From NCBI GenBank assembly GCA_038322815.1, contig JBBQGG010000001.1, positions 18,840 through 82,839 on the forward strand: a stretch of DNA of 64,000 bases. Reading direction: 5' to 3'. Shown here in pieces: positions 30,458-40,207 of this stretch; within the stretch, counting starts at the first letter, position 1, and the number at the start of each line of letters is the position of its first letter. Under the pieces are notes generated by a model. It searched no databases. It had not been told where the DNA came from and saw only the letters and a program-made list of their open reading frames with translations. The position numbers were made by a program, and so were the translations under genes. The stretch is from Candidatus Kapaibacterium sp. GTDB lineage: Bacteria; Bacteroidota; Ignavibacteria; Palsa-1295.

Positions 30458-32467
30458 TTATTTTATTAACGACATCGTACGTGAAACGCTTCCCATTGAA
30501 GTTTTCAGCGTATAGGTATAAATTCCTGCTCCAAGATTATGAGCATTGAACGGAATCCTGTGTTCGCCTAGCGAAAGTCTTCCGTGAAATAACATTGCAA
30601 CTTCCCTACCCAAGATATCACTTACGCTCAAAGTAACCATATCTTCACTCTTCATCGCAAGCGGAATTGTTGTCGCAGAAATGAATGGGTTTGGGAAATT
30701 CTGATTAAGATTTAGGGCCGAATTCGCTCCAGAAATTTGGACTCCGTTTCTTAAATTAGACTCATAAAACCATTGAATATCATCGTACCCCGGTAGTCCC
30801 GGATTTGTTGGCGCTGAAATACCCGCAAGAGAATCAGCGCCGAACATGAATGCAAATTGGTAACCTGTTGAATTCTCGGGGTTAAAAGTTGAAACTTCAG
30901 GGAAACGGTAATCTCTCTTTTTTTCCTGCGGGTCAGTGATCGTATTTGTGCGTACAGGAACAATGTCCCCAAAAGTTTTACCGCCATCATGGGTATCGAC
31001 TCTGTAAATACCATGGAAAGGGTATTTAATACTCGTATCAGAGCCATCAGCAGCCACAAAAGGTGGAGGCAAAAGATACGTACCGGTATCATCCTGCGCC
31101 CATGCTTGGAAATAAATTGAGAACTTACTATCATCGGATCCTCTGGCTAAAGTAGGATTTTCCACGTTAGGACCTTGCGGATCAATACCCAAATTATTAG
31201 TCCAAACAGAGAGCCAGCTTCCGTCAAGCAACGGACTTCCAAGAGAGTTGTCAATTTCCCTACTGAGTATATAGACAGGGACGGTCATGCCTGTTTTCCA
31301 AAAGAGCAACGCGCCTGAAGCAGGGATATATGTATTGTTGGTTTGAGTGCCGAGTTCATATTGTGCACCCATTACAATATTGGCTTTCTCATCGGCACTA
31401 TAAAAGAAATCTTCATCGATCACGTCAAGATTTGAACCTTGATTATTTGCATCTGTCGATGCAACGGGAGCATAGACATTTATTGGAGCACCCCAATTTG
31501 CACCAGCATCCGTCGATTCAGAGAGATAAATTCCACGATCAGCATTGCTATAGTCATAAGACTCCCAGACTATACCGACCTTGCCGGACTTTGAAACACC
31601 AATCACATAATTTCCACCGGTACATAGACCATTATCTGCATCATAAGCCGGGCCTTTTTTCCATCCGCTCCAAGTTGCTTTTCCTTGACCATCGAGTAAA
31701 AATGTCGAGAATTGAAGATGGTATAGAGGATCGGAGGTGACAGTTATATTTACTGCAGATACCATATAGACTTTTGTATTGTCAGACGATACAGCAATTG
31801 AAGGCCAAAGAATTTGCTTTGAATCACCTTCAGCGGTTGTCATGTCGGCAGCCGTTTCTTCAAAATTACCATCTCCCGGTGCACCCTTTTCAACATATAA
31901 AGCACTGATAAATTGCTGTGTTGTAGCATCAATATAACGATGATCTCCGATAATAGGAACATTCACGCCGTTACGTTTATAGAGTATCATTGCGGGAAAT
32001 CCGGCTCTAAAAGGAGCAATTTTTTTTGCAGCCTTCCAGGTTACTCCACCGTCGGAGCTAAAGGTATAATAAATATTTCGCTGTGGAAAATTCGAGGCTG
32101 TTGTTGTATCTGTAATCTTAACATTCAATGCTGTCATAATAACAACATGAATTTTCATTGGATCACTCGGATCTACCTGAATATTATGCAATCCGCCGTG
32201 CGCAGTTTGTGTATGATACTTACCTGAAATACCGACCGGCACTGCACCCGGAATAGAAATTAGCGAAGATAAAGGAGAATTCGGAAAATTTCCAAAATCC
32301 TGAGGCGTTGTGGATTCATTGTCTTGGGGCTCGAGACGAAATGATTTACTCAACTTTTCTACAATGCCATGACTAGTTGTTTTAGTGTCTATTATTTGAG
32401 CTGTAGAAATCGCACTCAAGACAACGAGAAGAGAAAGCAAAAATCCAAGTCTAATCAAAGTTTTCAT
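30458..32467 (-). CDS. BNR-repeat (sialidase-like) secreted protein with T9SS type-A CTD
   Basis: Asp-box motifs (SSDGGVTWKA; STDAGANWGA; THDGGKTFGD). C-terminus NFPNPFISATTIPLA...LSVSDILGREVAML...IYTYTLK is a canonical CTD. Confidence 0.7.
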   Translation of the reverse strand: MKTLIRLGFLLSLLVVLSAISTAQIIDTKTTSHGIVEKLSKSFRLEPQDNESTTPQDFGNFPNSPLSSLISIPGAVPVGISGKYHTQTAHGGLHNIQVDPSDPMKIHVVIMTALNVKITDTTTASNFPQRNIYYTFSSDGGVTWKAAKKIAPFRAGFPAMILYKRNGVNVPIIGDHRYIDATTQQFISALYVEKGAPGDGNFEETAADMTTAEGDSKQILWPSIAVSSDNTKVYMVSAVNITVTSDPLYHLQFSTFLLDGQGKATWSGWKKGPAYDADNGLCTGGNYVIGVSKSGKVGIVWESYDYSNADRGIYLSESTDAGANWGAPINVYAPVASTDANNQGSNLDVIDEDFFYSADEKANIVMGAQYELGTQTNNTYIPASGALLFWKTGMTVPVYILSREIDNSLGSPLLDGSWLSVWTNNLGIDPQGPNVENPTLARGSDDSKFSIYFQAWAQDDTGTYLLPPPFVAADGSDTSIKYPFHGIYRVDTHDGGKTFGDIVPVRTNTITDPQEKKRDYRFPEVSTFNPENSTGYQFAFMFGADSLAGISAPTNPGLPGYDDIQWFYESNLRNGVQISGANSALNLNQNFPNPFISATTIPLAMKSEDMVTLSVSDILGREVAMLFHGRLSLGEHRIPFNAHNLGAGIYTYTLKTSMGSVSRTMSLIK

Positions 32468-32594
32468 AATATCATTAAGTTAACGTTTACACAACAAATC
32501 TCCGTGATTTCGGAATTGTGGCGAAGTATTCTTTGCAAAATACGACTTTTTTACGACCGTATTCTCAAATTCTTATTTCATAAAAACACAGAAC

Positions 32595-33185
32595 TCATTC
32601 AGAAGTTGCGCCGATGGGCGCTGCAACACATTCTTTTATGTATGCAAAGAGTGCGCGTATCCCCTTTCCATCCTTTGAGCAGGTCTTAAACACCATTTGT
32701 GCCTCTGGGAATTCCTGTTTCAAATACTTTTCATGGGCTGCAATATCTTGCTGCTTTACTTTATCGATCTTTGTCATCACGATAAACCATGGCTGTTCCT
32801 GTTCTGAAAGCCATTTCATTAATATAACATCATTTTCTAAACCTATATGCCTGGCGTCAACTAAGATGCCGATAGCCCGCAATTCTTCACGACTTTCAAA
32901 ATACCGTTCGATAAGTCCTATCCATTGAAAGCGCGAAGTCTTTGATGCCCGTGCATACCCGTAGCCGGGCATATCGACGAGATTAAAATTATTAAAAAGG
33001 TAGTAATTAAGACATTGCGTTTTACCCGGAGTTGAGCTGGTTCGGGCAAGCTCTTTACGTTCAGCAAGAGCGTTAATGAGTGAGGATTTGCCGACATTTG
33101 ATCTTCCGATAAGTGAAATCTCCGGCAATCCATCTGATGGAAGCTCTTCGGGTGAAAAAACGGATTTGATGAATTTGACAGACAC
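32595..33185 (-). CDS. engB: ribosome biogenesis GTP-binding protein YihA/EngB
   Basis: GRSNVGKSSLINAL (G1) and DMPGYG (G3). Length 196 aa. Confidence 0.9.
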   Translation of the reverse strand: MSVKFIKSVFSPEELPSDGLPEISLIGRSNVGKSSLINALAERKELARTSSTPGKTQCLNYYLFNNFNLVDMPGYGYARASKTSRFQWIGLIERYFESREELRAIGILVDARHIGLENDVILMKWLSEQEQPWFIVMTKIDKVKQQDIAAHEKYLKQEFPEAQMVFKTCSKDGKGIRALFAYIKECVAAPIGATSE

Positions 33186-33221
33186 GGATTTTTAAAAAAA
33201 TTAAATATGGAGTGTGAAATA

Positions 33222-33259
33222 TGAAAAAAACTATGAAGGGATAATTTCACCCTTCATAG
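33222..33259 (-). terminator. intrinsic terminator of rpsF-ssb-rplI operon
   Basis: Perfect 10-bp stem CTATGAAGGG/CCCTTCATAG with 9-nt loop, then T7 on the minus strand. Lies 24 nt after the rplI stop. Confidence 0.7.
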
Positions 33260-33282
33260 TTCATATTCCATAGTTCATATTT

Positions 33283-33726
33283 TTATTCGGCTACGACGTT
33301 GACTTTTATCGATGCGCCGACGCCGTGTTTCAGTTTCACTGAGATCTGATGAGCGCCAAGAGTTCGGATCGGCTCTTCAATAACGATAGAACGGCGATCA
33401 ACTTTATAACCTTGATTCGAAAGTGAATCGGCGACCATTTGTCCTGTGACCGATCCGTAAAGTTTTTCTTCTTCGCCGACACGCATCGGAATAGTGACAC
33501 TGAGTTCACTCATCTTCGAAGCCATGGCAGTCAATTCAATTTTCTCTTTTTCAATATTTCTGCCACGCTGCTTCATCTCTTCGCCGATTCTGCGAAGCGC
33601 TCCGGCAGTTGCAACAAATGCAAGTTTACGCGGAACAAGGAAATTACGTGCATACCCTGATTTAACGTTCACAGCTTCTCCGGCTAAACCGAGTTTCTCA
33701 ACATCATCTCTTAAAATAACTTTCAT
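33283..33726 (-). CDS. rplI: 50S ribosomal protein L9
   Basis: MKVILRDDVEKLG..GEAVNVKSGYARNFLVP is the canonical L9 N-terminus. Confidence 0.92.
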   Translation of the reverse strand: MKVILRDDVEKLGLAGEAVNVKSGYARNFLVPRKLAFVATAGALRRIGEEMKQRGRNIEKEKIELTAMASKMSELSVTIPMRVGEEEKLYGSVTGQMVADSLSNQGYKVDRRSIVIEEPIRTLGAHQISVKLKHGVGASIKVNVVAE

Positions 33727-33757
33727 ACTTATTCTCTGTTATAAAAATTTTGTTCTC

Positions 33758-34213
33758 TCAATATTTTACAGGCGCTTCCTCTGAGATCATATTTTCCTGA
33801 AGGACTTCGTTGCACTCCGTAACGGTAATTCTTTCAGATTCAAATACTTCGTTATCAAAGCCAATATCCAACTTATTAAGGAATTGAATGCGATGCGCTT
33901 TGATTTCCACGATCGTACGTGAATATCCGTCTTCATTGTGCAATGTTCTACTTTGAAGCTCTCCATCGACAAGCACTGCATTCCCCTTGCGAATTTTTTC
34001 CATACAACTCTCTGCGAGTTTGCTCCAAGCTACGACTCCGACATAACAAACATCTTCAGCCCACTGGTTATTAGCATCGCGATATTTTCTATTCGAAGCG
34101 ATACAAAAATTGGCTACGGGAATGCCGTTTGCCGTTTTACGCAGAGTAGGGTCTTTAGTCAAATTGCCTGCAATATGCACGCAATTGATCTCGGGCATTT
34201 TTAAACAAGCCAT
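33758..34213 (-). CDS. ssb: single-stranded DNA-binding (OB-fold) protein, SSB/PriB-like, lacking canonical acidic DIPF tail
   Basis: VANFCIASNRKYRDANNQWAEDVCYVGVVAWSKLAE matches the SSB core. C-terminus ...EEAPVKY. Start may be the internal M at 34198. Confidence 0.7.
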   Translation of the reverse strand: MACLKMPEINCVHIAGNLTKDPTLRKTANGIPVANFCIASNRKYRDANNQWAEDVCYVGVVAWSKLAESCMEKIRKGNAVLVDGELQSRTLHNEDGYSRTIVEIKAHRIQFLNKLDIGFDNEVFESERITVTECNEVLQENMISEEAPVKY

Positions 34214-34298
34214 GGGGAATTTAGTTTTTATAAGTAATTACGTATGGGGCAACCATTTCCTGACCCACACTGATCGAGGCTATGCCTCGTCCCTACTA

Positions 34299-34694
34299 TT
34301 AAACAATTGCCGCAGCCTCGGTCTTAGCCTGAGCCATAGAAATCTTCCGAGCCTCTACCGTTTCTGAACGGGTTTTCATTGCAATACGTCCCTGATGGTT
34401 TTCCTCAGGCATTTCCAATGTCAACCAGCGAAGAATATCTTCGTCAAGCTGGTAAGCACGTTCAAGTTTTGCATTGGTGGTTGGCGGAGCACTATAATGC
34501 ATAGAGATGTAATGAGCACTCGTATGCTTTCTGATCTCATAAGCCAGACGGCGAATGCCCCAACGTTCAGTGTCGATCAGCTTACCGCCATTTTTGGTGA
34601 TGGTCTCTTCAAATTTCTTGACGATAGCCGCAACAGGCTCATCCTGAAGAGTAGAACTCAATAAAAAAGTAGATTCGTAACGTTTTTCAGCCAT
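34299..34694 (-). CDS. rpsF: 30S ribosomal protein S6
   Basis: MAEKRYESTFLLSSTL...WGIRRLAYEI is an S6 signature. Confidence 0.92.
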   Translation of the reverse strand: MAEKRYESTFLLSSTLQDEPVAAIVKKFEETITKNGGKLIDTERWGIRRLAYEIRKHTSAHYISMHYSAPPTTNAKLERAYQLDEDILRWLTLEMPEENHQGRIAMKTRSETVEARKISMAQAKTEAAAIV

Positions 34695-34856
34695 TATTTT
34701 ATTCCTTTGGTTTCCGGAAGTTACTCCGGTAAGCTCCCTCAGCCATTATTAGCAAAGGAGCAGGTTATTTTGGAACCCGTGTAAACAATAAATAGTGAAA
34801 GAGGTTTCCAAAACTGAAGACTAATCCGTTTACAAAGATTTATCGTACTGGTATCT

Positions 34857-36536
34857 ATGGCTATATCATTAAAACCCGAGCATTTAGAGCGATATAAGAA
34901 CATTGGGCTTCTCTTCTGGAAGTATGGACGCAGCGACATTGTTAAGTTAAGTGGCGTCGAAAAGGTTTTTGATGAAGAAAACCACCCAAAAAACCTCGAA
35001 GGCGATTCGAAACCGGAGCAGCTTGCCAAAGATCTGGAAAAAATGGGTCCGATCTATATTAAGCTTGGCCAGTTGCTTTCTACGCGTAATGATCTTTTAC
35101 CCGCAGAGTATATTGAAGCGCTCACTCATTTGCAGGATAACATCCACCCTTTTTCATTTGAAGAAGCAGAGCAGGCAGTCCAGGATGAACTTGGAGTCCG
35201 TCTTTCTAAGGGTTTTTCCTTTTTTGAAGCAACTCCGCTTGCTTCGGCATCACTTGGACAAGTTCACAGGGCGATATTACGTGACGGAAGAAATGTAGTC
35301 GTCAAAATACAACGTCCCGGAATTCGACAACAAATTGCCGGTGACCTCGAAGCATTAGAGGATATTGCTGCTTTTCTTGATAATCATACTGAATATGGTA
35401 AAAATGCTCATTTTATCCTTGTGCTTGATGAGTTCAGACGAAGCCTTGCGCGAGAACTTGATTATGAGCATGAAGCAAAGAATTTACTTGAAATTGGTGA
35501 AAATTTAAAGAGCTTCGAAGCGATCATAGTTCCTGAGCCTGTAAAAGATTATACGACGGGCAAGATTTTGACGATGGACTTCATTCGCGGTAAAAAAGTT
35601 ACTTCACTTGGTCCCCTTGCTCATATGGAGATAGACGGCATCCGTCTTGCAGAAGAGCTTTTTAAGGCGTACTTAAAGCAGATTCTTGTTGACGGAGTCT
35701 TCCATGCAGACCCTCATCCGGGAAATGTATTCGTTACTGAAGATAATCGAATTGCATTACTTGATCTTGGCATGGTCGGACGAATAAGTCAGGCGATGCA
35801 GGAAAAACTTTTGAAACTTCTTCTTGCCGTGAGCGAGGGAAATAGCGATGCTGCAGGCGATATTGCGATCGAGATCGGTAGAGTTAGAGATGATTTTGAT
35901 GAGATAGGATTTCGGCAAAAACTTGCTGCTACTATCGAGGAAGAACAAGGTGCGAATCTCGAGGATATTCAGATCGGCAGTTCAATGCTTACCTATAGCC
36001 GATATGCTAATGAAAGCGGACTGGATATGCCATCCGAACTTACATTGGTCAGTAAAACTCTTCTTAATTTAGATATTGTGGGACGTACTCTGGACCCTAC
36101 ATTCAAACCTAATGACTCAATCCGCAGGAATGCTTCGGATATTATGCAGCAACGATTCGCAAAGAGCTTATCGCCAAGCAATCTTTTTTCTTCACTTATT
36201 GAGACGAAAGAATTCGTTCGCGAAATGCCCGGACGAATTAATAAAATTCTTGATGCACTTTCAAAAAATCAGTTTAAGGTAAAAATTGATTATGGTGAAG
36301 AGGCAACATTTATTGATGGCTTTCAAAAAATTGCGAATCGAATTGCAACAGCTCTCGTTCTTGCAGCGCTTATAATTGGCGCATCTCTGCTCATGCGGAT
36401 AGAAACTCCTTTTCAACTTTTCGGCTACCCCGGTTTTGCAATTATTTTATTTCTCATTGCTGCGGGCGGCGCAATGTGGCTGCTCATTGATATTGTGTTA
36501 AACGATAGATCGAGAAAGCGCTTGAATAAAAAATAA
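34857..36536 (+). CDS. ubiB: UbiB/ABC1 family atypical kinase
   Basis: KLGQLLSTRNDLLP, ASASLGQVHRA and C-terminal TM helices typical of the ABC1/AarF family. Confidence 0.85.
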   Translation: MAISLKPEHLERYKNIGLLFWKYGRSDIVKLSGVEKVFDEENHPKNLEGDSKPEQLAKDLEKMGPIYIKLGQLLSTRNDLLPAEYIEALTHLQDNIHPFSFEEAEQAVQDELGVRLSKGFSFFEATPLASASLGQVHRAILRDGRNVVVKIQRPGIRQQIAGDLEALEDIAAFLDNHTEYGKNAHFILVLDEFRRSLARELDYEHEAKNLLEIGENLKSFEAIIVPEPVKDYTTGKILTMDFIRGKKVTSLGPLAHMEIDGIRLAEELFKAYLKQILVDGVFHADPHPGNVFVTEDNRIALLDLGMVGRISQAMQEKLLKLLLAVSEGNSDAAGDIAIEIGRVRDDFDEIGFRQKLAATIEEEQGANLEDIQIGSSMLTYSRYANESGLDMPSELTLVSKTLLNLDIVGRTLDPTFKPNDSIRRNASDIMQQRFAKSLSPSNLFSSLIETKEFVREMPGRINKILDALSKNQFKVKIDYGEEATFIDGFQKIANRIATALVLAALIIGASLLMRIETPFQLFGYPGFAIILFLIAAGGAMWLLIDIVLNDRSRKRLNKK

Positions 36537-36561
36537 AAGGACATATCTTGGTGCGAGAAAA

Positions 36562-37941
36562 CTACTGATTCATTTGGAGGCAATAGATAAACTTATTATC
36601 CATTATATACATATGGTGCTCTAGGTCTACGAGAAAACCACCGTCCCAGACTTGATTATGGTTCGTAGGATCGTTTAGTGCATGTGAAATATCAAGCGCA
36701 TAAGTCCTTTGACCTGAGATAGCATCAATTCCTATGACCCAGAAATCATCGCTTTGAAAATAAACTGTCGTTCCTACATAAGCCGGTGAAGGAGCGATAG
36801 TATAGGTATGGGCATTGCTACTATTTTCCGATAGAGTAGCAGTCCATAAGAATTCGTGCGTAACCGGATCTATTCCATAACATTGTGGCATACCATTTCG
36901 ATTGAGTACTAAGAGGCGATTCTGCCAAAACCTCACTTGGTTAGGTGCTTCTGTCATGCAATGCTTTTGTGGATCGCCGGACATAAAGAGAATATTTCCA
37001 TCTCGATCCATCCATGTTACTTCTTTGCCGGTTTTAAGTATTAAGGTATCGTTTAACACGATGATATTTGCCATCGCAACATTTGTATTGTATTCGCCGG
37101 TAGCATGATCAGCGTCACGAAACGGTGGGTATGGTGTGTATTTTTTATCCATCGGTGGAATCACTTTGCACCAAAGTAATTCGCCGTTTCCGGCGTCAAA
37201 GCATGCAACGCTGCCATCATGATCTAATCCACTCGAAGTAAAAACACTTGTACCATATCTACCAGGCACATAAACTCTACCGTTTGCATAGGCAGGAGAT
37301 CCATTCCATGCAGAACCGGGATCAACTTTATAGTATTTAGCATCTGTAAGTAGTGCCCCGTGATTTTGCCAAAGGATTTGTCCGGTTGATTTACTTATTT
37401 TGTACAGTGTACCGCCTTCGTGTGAAGTGACAAAAATTGCATCTGGCGATTGAGCTGAGGAAGTATAATACGAATCGTGAAAACCGCTAGAGCTTATTTC
37501 CGCAGGCGGGTCAATATGCCATATTTCTACCCCTATTGTTGCATCAAAACAAATTATCTTCCATTCTCTGACGATAATAAGCCTATTATTATCAAGAAAC
37601 ATATTTTCTGCTGCAAGGTATGTTGTGCTATCGCTTCCAAGTTTATCGACAAGCTTAGCTGACCAAATGACTTTTCCTGAATCAGTATCATAACATTGAG
37701 CGAGATAATCATAGGCTACATAGAGCCTATTTCCACTTCTAATAGGTTGTATTTGCACCGGACCACCTATGCCATTTGCCAATTCCCCGTTAAATTTTAT
37801 TTTCGGAGCTTTCCATATTTGTCTTATTCCGGTGGTAATGCCGGAATCAATACCATAGTGATATTCAGGTGACACTGGATGACTGCATGAAGTTGCGCCA
37901 AATAATAATATCGTTATCAGAAGATTGAAACGCATAATCAA
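36562..37941 (-). CDS. PQQ-like beta-propeller repeat lipoprotein
   Basis: Lipoprotein signal ...LLFGATSC. Repeated G.(V/I/L)(I/L)W motifs (GKVIWSAKL, GVEIWHI, GQILWQN, GELLWCKVI, HEFLWTATL). Confidence 0.7.
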   Translation of the reverse strand: MIMRFNLLITILLFGATSCSHPVSPEYHYGIDSGITTGIRQIWKAPKIKFNGELANGIGGPVQIQPIRSGNRLYVAYDYLAQCYDTDSGKVIWSAKLVDKLGSDSTTYLAAENMFLDNNRLIIVREWKIICFDATIGVEIWHIDPPAEISSSGFHDSYYTSSAQSPDAIFVTSHEGGTLYKISKSTGQILWQNHGALLTDAKYYKVDPGSAWNGSPAYANGRVYVPGRYGTSVFTSSGLDHDGSVACFDAGNGELLWCKVIPPMDKKYTPYPPFRDADHATGEYNTNVAMANIIVLNDTLILKTGKEVTWMDRDGNILFMSGDPQKHCMTEAPNQVRFWQNRLLVLNRNGMPQCYGIDPVTHEFLWTATLSENSSNAHTYTIAPSPAYVGTTVYFQSDDFWVIGIDAISGQRTYALDISHALNDPTNHNQVWDGGFLVDLEHHMYIMDNKFIYCLQMNQ

Positions 37942-39131
37942 TTATGTGGTATTAGGTTTAATCTATCGGTGAATGCATGATAGACGCCATTCGCACCCTG
38001 CGTACCGTCTGCTGTACCAGTATTGGAAGCAACCCCACAAAGAACAGCCCCACCATGATTGATATTGCCATTTATTCGTACTGCGGTTTTTTCTGAAAGA
38101 TTTTCTTGACTGGATAGAGAAATAAAAGAATCAGATGGTCCACGCTCAGCCACTGTCCATTCCCATGCGGAATCATAATCGCCCCAGCCATCTGCGCTTG
38201 CATTCCAATCCCCTCTTCTCATTCTATGCCATGCACGAGCGAGTCCATTCCAAAACCCTCTCAAATGATTTACTTTCCAATCATGATAACCAGCCTTTGC
38301 GTGAGCATCATCTATTTTAGCTTGGTAATCATCCATCGCACTATTAATTGAGGCATCGTCATACCCAGTTACAATAGCTTGTGTTCCAAACAAGCCTGGA
38401 AGTCGCCATCTAATTCCGTGAGAATTAGCTTCGATATCTCCCGATACTGCTACCCACCCCCTACTTCCAGATGCTTGTCTAGCCCGGCTTGCAGAAGTAT
38501 TTATAGCGTATATAAAACCCGAACTAGGTTGAAGATCCAATGCCATAGGTGTTGCGGTCTGCACCAATGAGCCTATAGTTGCAAGGATAGGTGCCCAAAA
38601 AAGAGTTATAGCATAACCACCATACGCAAGGAAGCTATAATCACCTCTTGCAATTTTCACACTTGACAACATTGAATTAAAAAGCCATTCCTGCCAATGT
38701 GAAGCAAATCGAGCCCCACCATTCGGTGCATCTAATGTTACAAATCCATTAACAAATGTATTAAACCAACCATCTTCACCGTCGGGTGTTGCAGTATTTG
38801 CGGCAATCATTCTACACATAAGACCGCCGGCTGAATAACCCACACCAATGTATTCGCCTTCATTATGAGCAGCTAATAGTGAGTTATATACGCTAGGATA
38901 TTGTGAGGCAAACCCGTTAACAGAATTATATGTATATAAATGTGGATTTGAACTCTGCTTCCAACTCGGTGAGAACTTGCTATTACACCACCACCCAAGG
39001 TTATATATACCACCAGAATTTTGCGTCCAGCCGTGCATATAGAAATGATTAAATCTTGCCTGCTGGGTATGGCCTTTTCCAGCCAACGTTAGCAACAGAA
39101 AGACAATAAATATTCTGATGGGTGTTTTCAT
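37938..39131 (-). CDS. secreted alpha/beta-hydrolase (lipase/esterase-like)
   Basis: Signal peptide. GxSxG nucleophile elbow (VGYSAGG) and HGW motif. ATGA overlap with the downstream PQQ-repeat gene. Confidence 0.55.
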   Translation of the reverse strand: MKTPIRIFIVFLLLTLAGKGHTQQARFNHFYMHGWTQNSGGIYNLGWWCNSKFSPSWKQSSNPHLYTYNSVNGFASQYPSVYNSLLAAHNEGEYIGVGYSAGGLMCRMIAANTATPDGEDGWFNTFVNGFVTLDAPNGGARFASHWQEWLFNSMLSSVKIARGDYSFLAYGGYAITLFWAPILATIGSLVQTATPMALDLQPSSGFIYAINTSASRARQASGSRGWVAVSGDIEANSHGIRWRLPGLFGTQAIVTGYDDASINSAMDDYQAKIDDAHAKAGYHDWKVNHLRGFWNGLARAWHRMRRGDWNASADGWGDYDSAWEWTVAERGPSDSFISLSSQENLSEKTAVRINGNINHGGAVLCGVASNTGTADGTQGANGVYHAFTDRLNLIPHN

Positions 39132-39421
39132 ATGGGTAAGAGTTTAAATTATGGAAGTGAAATATTCGAAATCACAAAAGTTGTTACAGTACTTGTCGTA
39201 TAAAAATCAGAGTTCATATTGGGGGCGTTGGTTCTATAAATATCTGTCCAGTTGCTTGGCGGAGTAGTTGTTGAAGTGGTTTTTCGAAGAGTATTTATCC
39301 GATAACCGTTTACAATCGAATAAGTATATAATTCCTCTGTGTCTGTGCCTATGCCACTCGAAGTAAAATCTGTTAATTCCAAATAGTCGTGATCGAAATA
39401 TGATACTGTCGTCCAAGTATG

Positions 39422-40015
39422 TCAGTCTTCCATAAATGATTTTTCGACTTTATATCCATCAGAGCCAAGATTTGTCACTATTCCACCACTTGAGGTAATA
39501 ATATCAACAAATTTTGTTCGTTCAGAATCTGTAACAACTGTATCTGGGCGCATTTCAAAGAATGGCAAATCGGCAAAATCTTCGGCTGGATTCGACACAT
39601 CAAGTGTTGTTGTACTTATTGAATTATCATTTTGATCATAAGTCGTAAATTGATTACCATAGGTCACTACCTTGCCAACTCTTCGCCCGCCCATTGTATC
39701 CCTTTGAGCATATTGCGTGACAGAACGAGTAATTTGAAAGTGTGGGATTAATGAGTCCGGTATAGAAGCTACAACATGGTATGTTTTTACCTGTCGGTTA
39801 AAGCATTGGTTTCTAAAATCTGCGGAGCTATCTGCAAGAGAAGTTGGCAGACTCACAGTATCTGTGACAGATTCATCCCATTGAACTGTTTGCCCTTGTC
39901 GCATTGCAGCCATTGTCCGTAAGATACGGCTCTTCGGTGTGACAATATCTGGCGACTTACATCCGGTAATCATCTGCACAATAATAAAGCAGATTATCAG
40001 TGCTCTAAGTTTCAT
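39422..40015 (-). CDS. hypothetical lipoprotein
   Basis: MKLRALIICFIIVQMITGC lipobox at the internal ATG. The ORF-track start is 40042. Confidence 0.5.
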   Translation of the reverse strand: MKLRALIICFIIVQMITGCKSPDIVTPKSRILRTMAAMRQGQTVQWDESVTDTVSLPTSLADSSADFRNQCFNRQVKTYHVVASIPDSLIPHFQITRSVTQYAQRDTMGGRRVGKVVTYGNQFTTYDQNDNSISTTTLDVSNPAEDFADLPFFEMRPDTVVTDSERTKFVDIITSSGGIVTNLGSDGYKVEKSFMED

Positions 40016-40148
40016 GATTTTTAAAAAAAATTGATGACTCAAAAAAGATCAAATTGAACAAAATAAGAAGATGCAGATATGCAAACCAAGAGAGAGAGAG
40101 TTCCCGCTTAAAAGAATTTTTATGTATTTTTTAATTAATTTTATTAGT

Positions 40149-40183
40149 AAAAAAAAGGGACATACCTTTCAGTATGCCCCTTC
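40149..40183 (-). terminator. intrinsic terminator after hppA
   Basis: AAGGGGCATAC/GTATGTCCCTT imperfect hairpin followed by T8 on the minus strand. Confidence 0.55.
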
Positions 40184-40207
40184 GAAAAAACAAAGATAAG
40201 CTTTCTC

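Noticed and set aside
39149-39416. Small ORFs (77 aa and 60 aa) between the lipoprotein and lipase genes
   Set aside because: Low-complexity T/S/N-rich translation, no signal peptide, no motif, and the two ORFs overlap each other in different frames. They are more likely non-coding 3' region or a decayed remnant. Not annotated.
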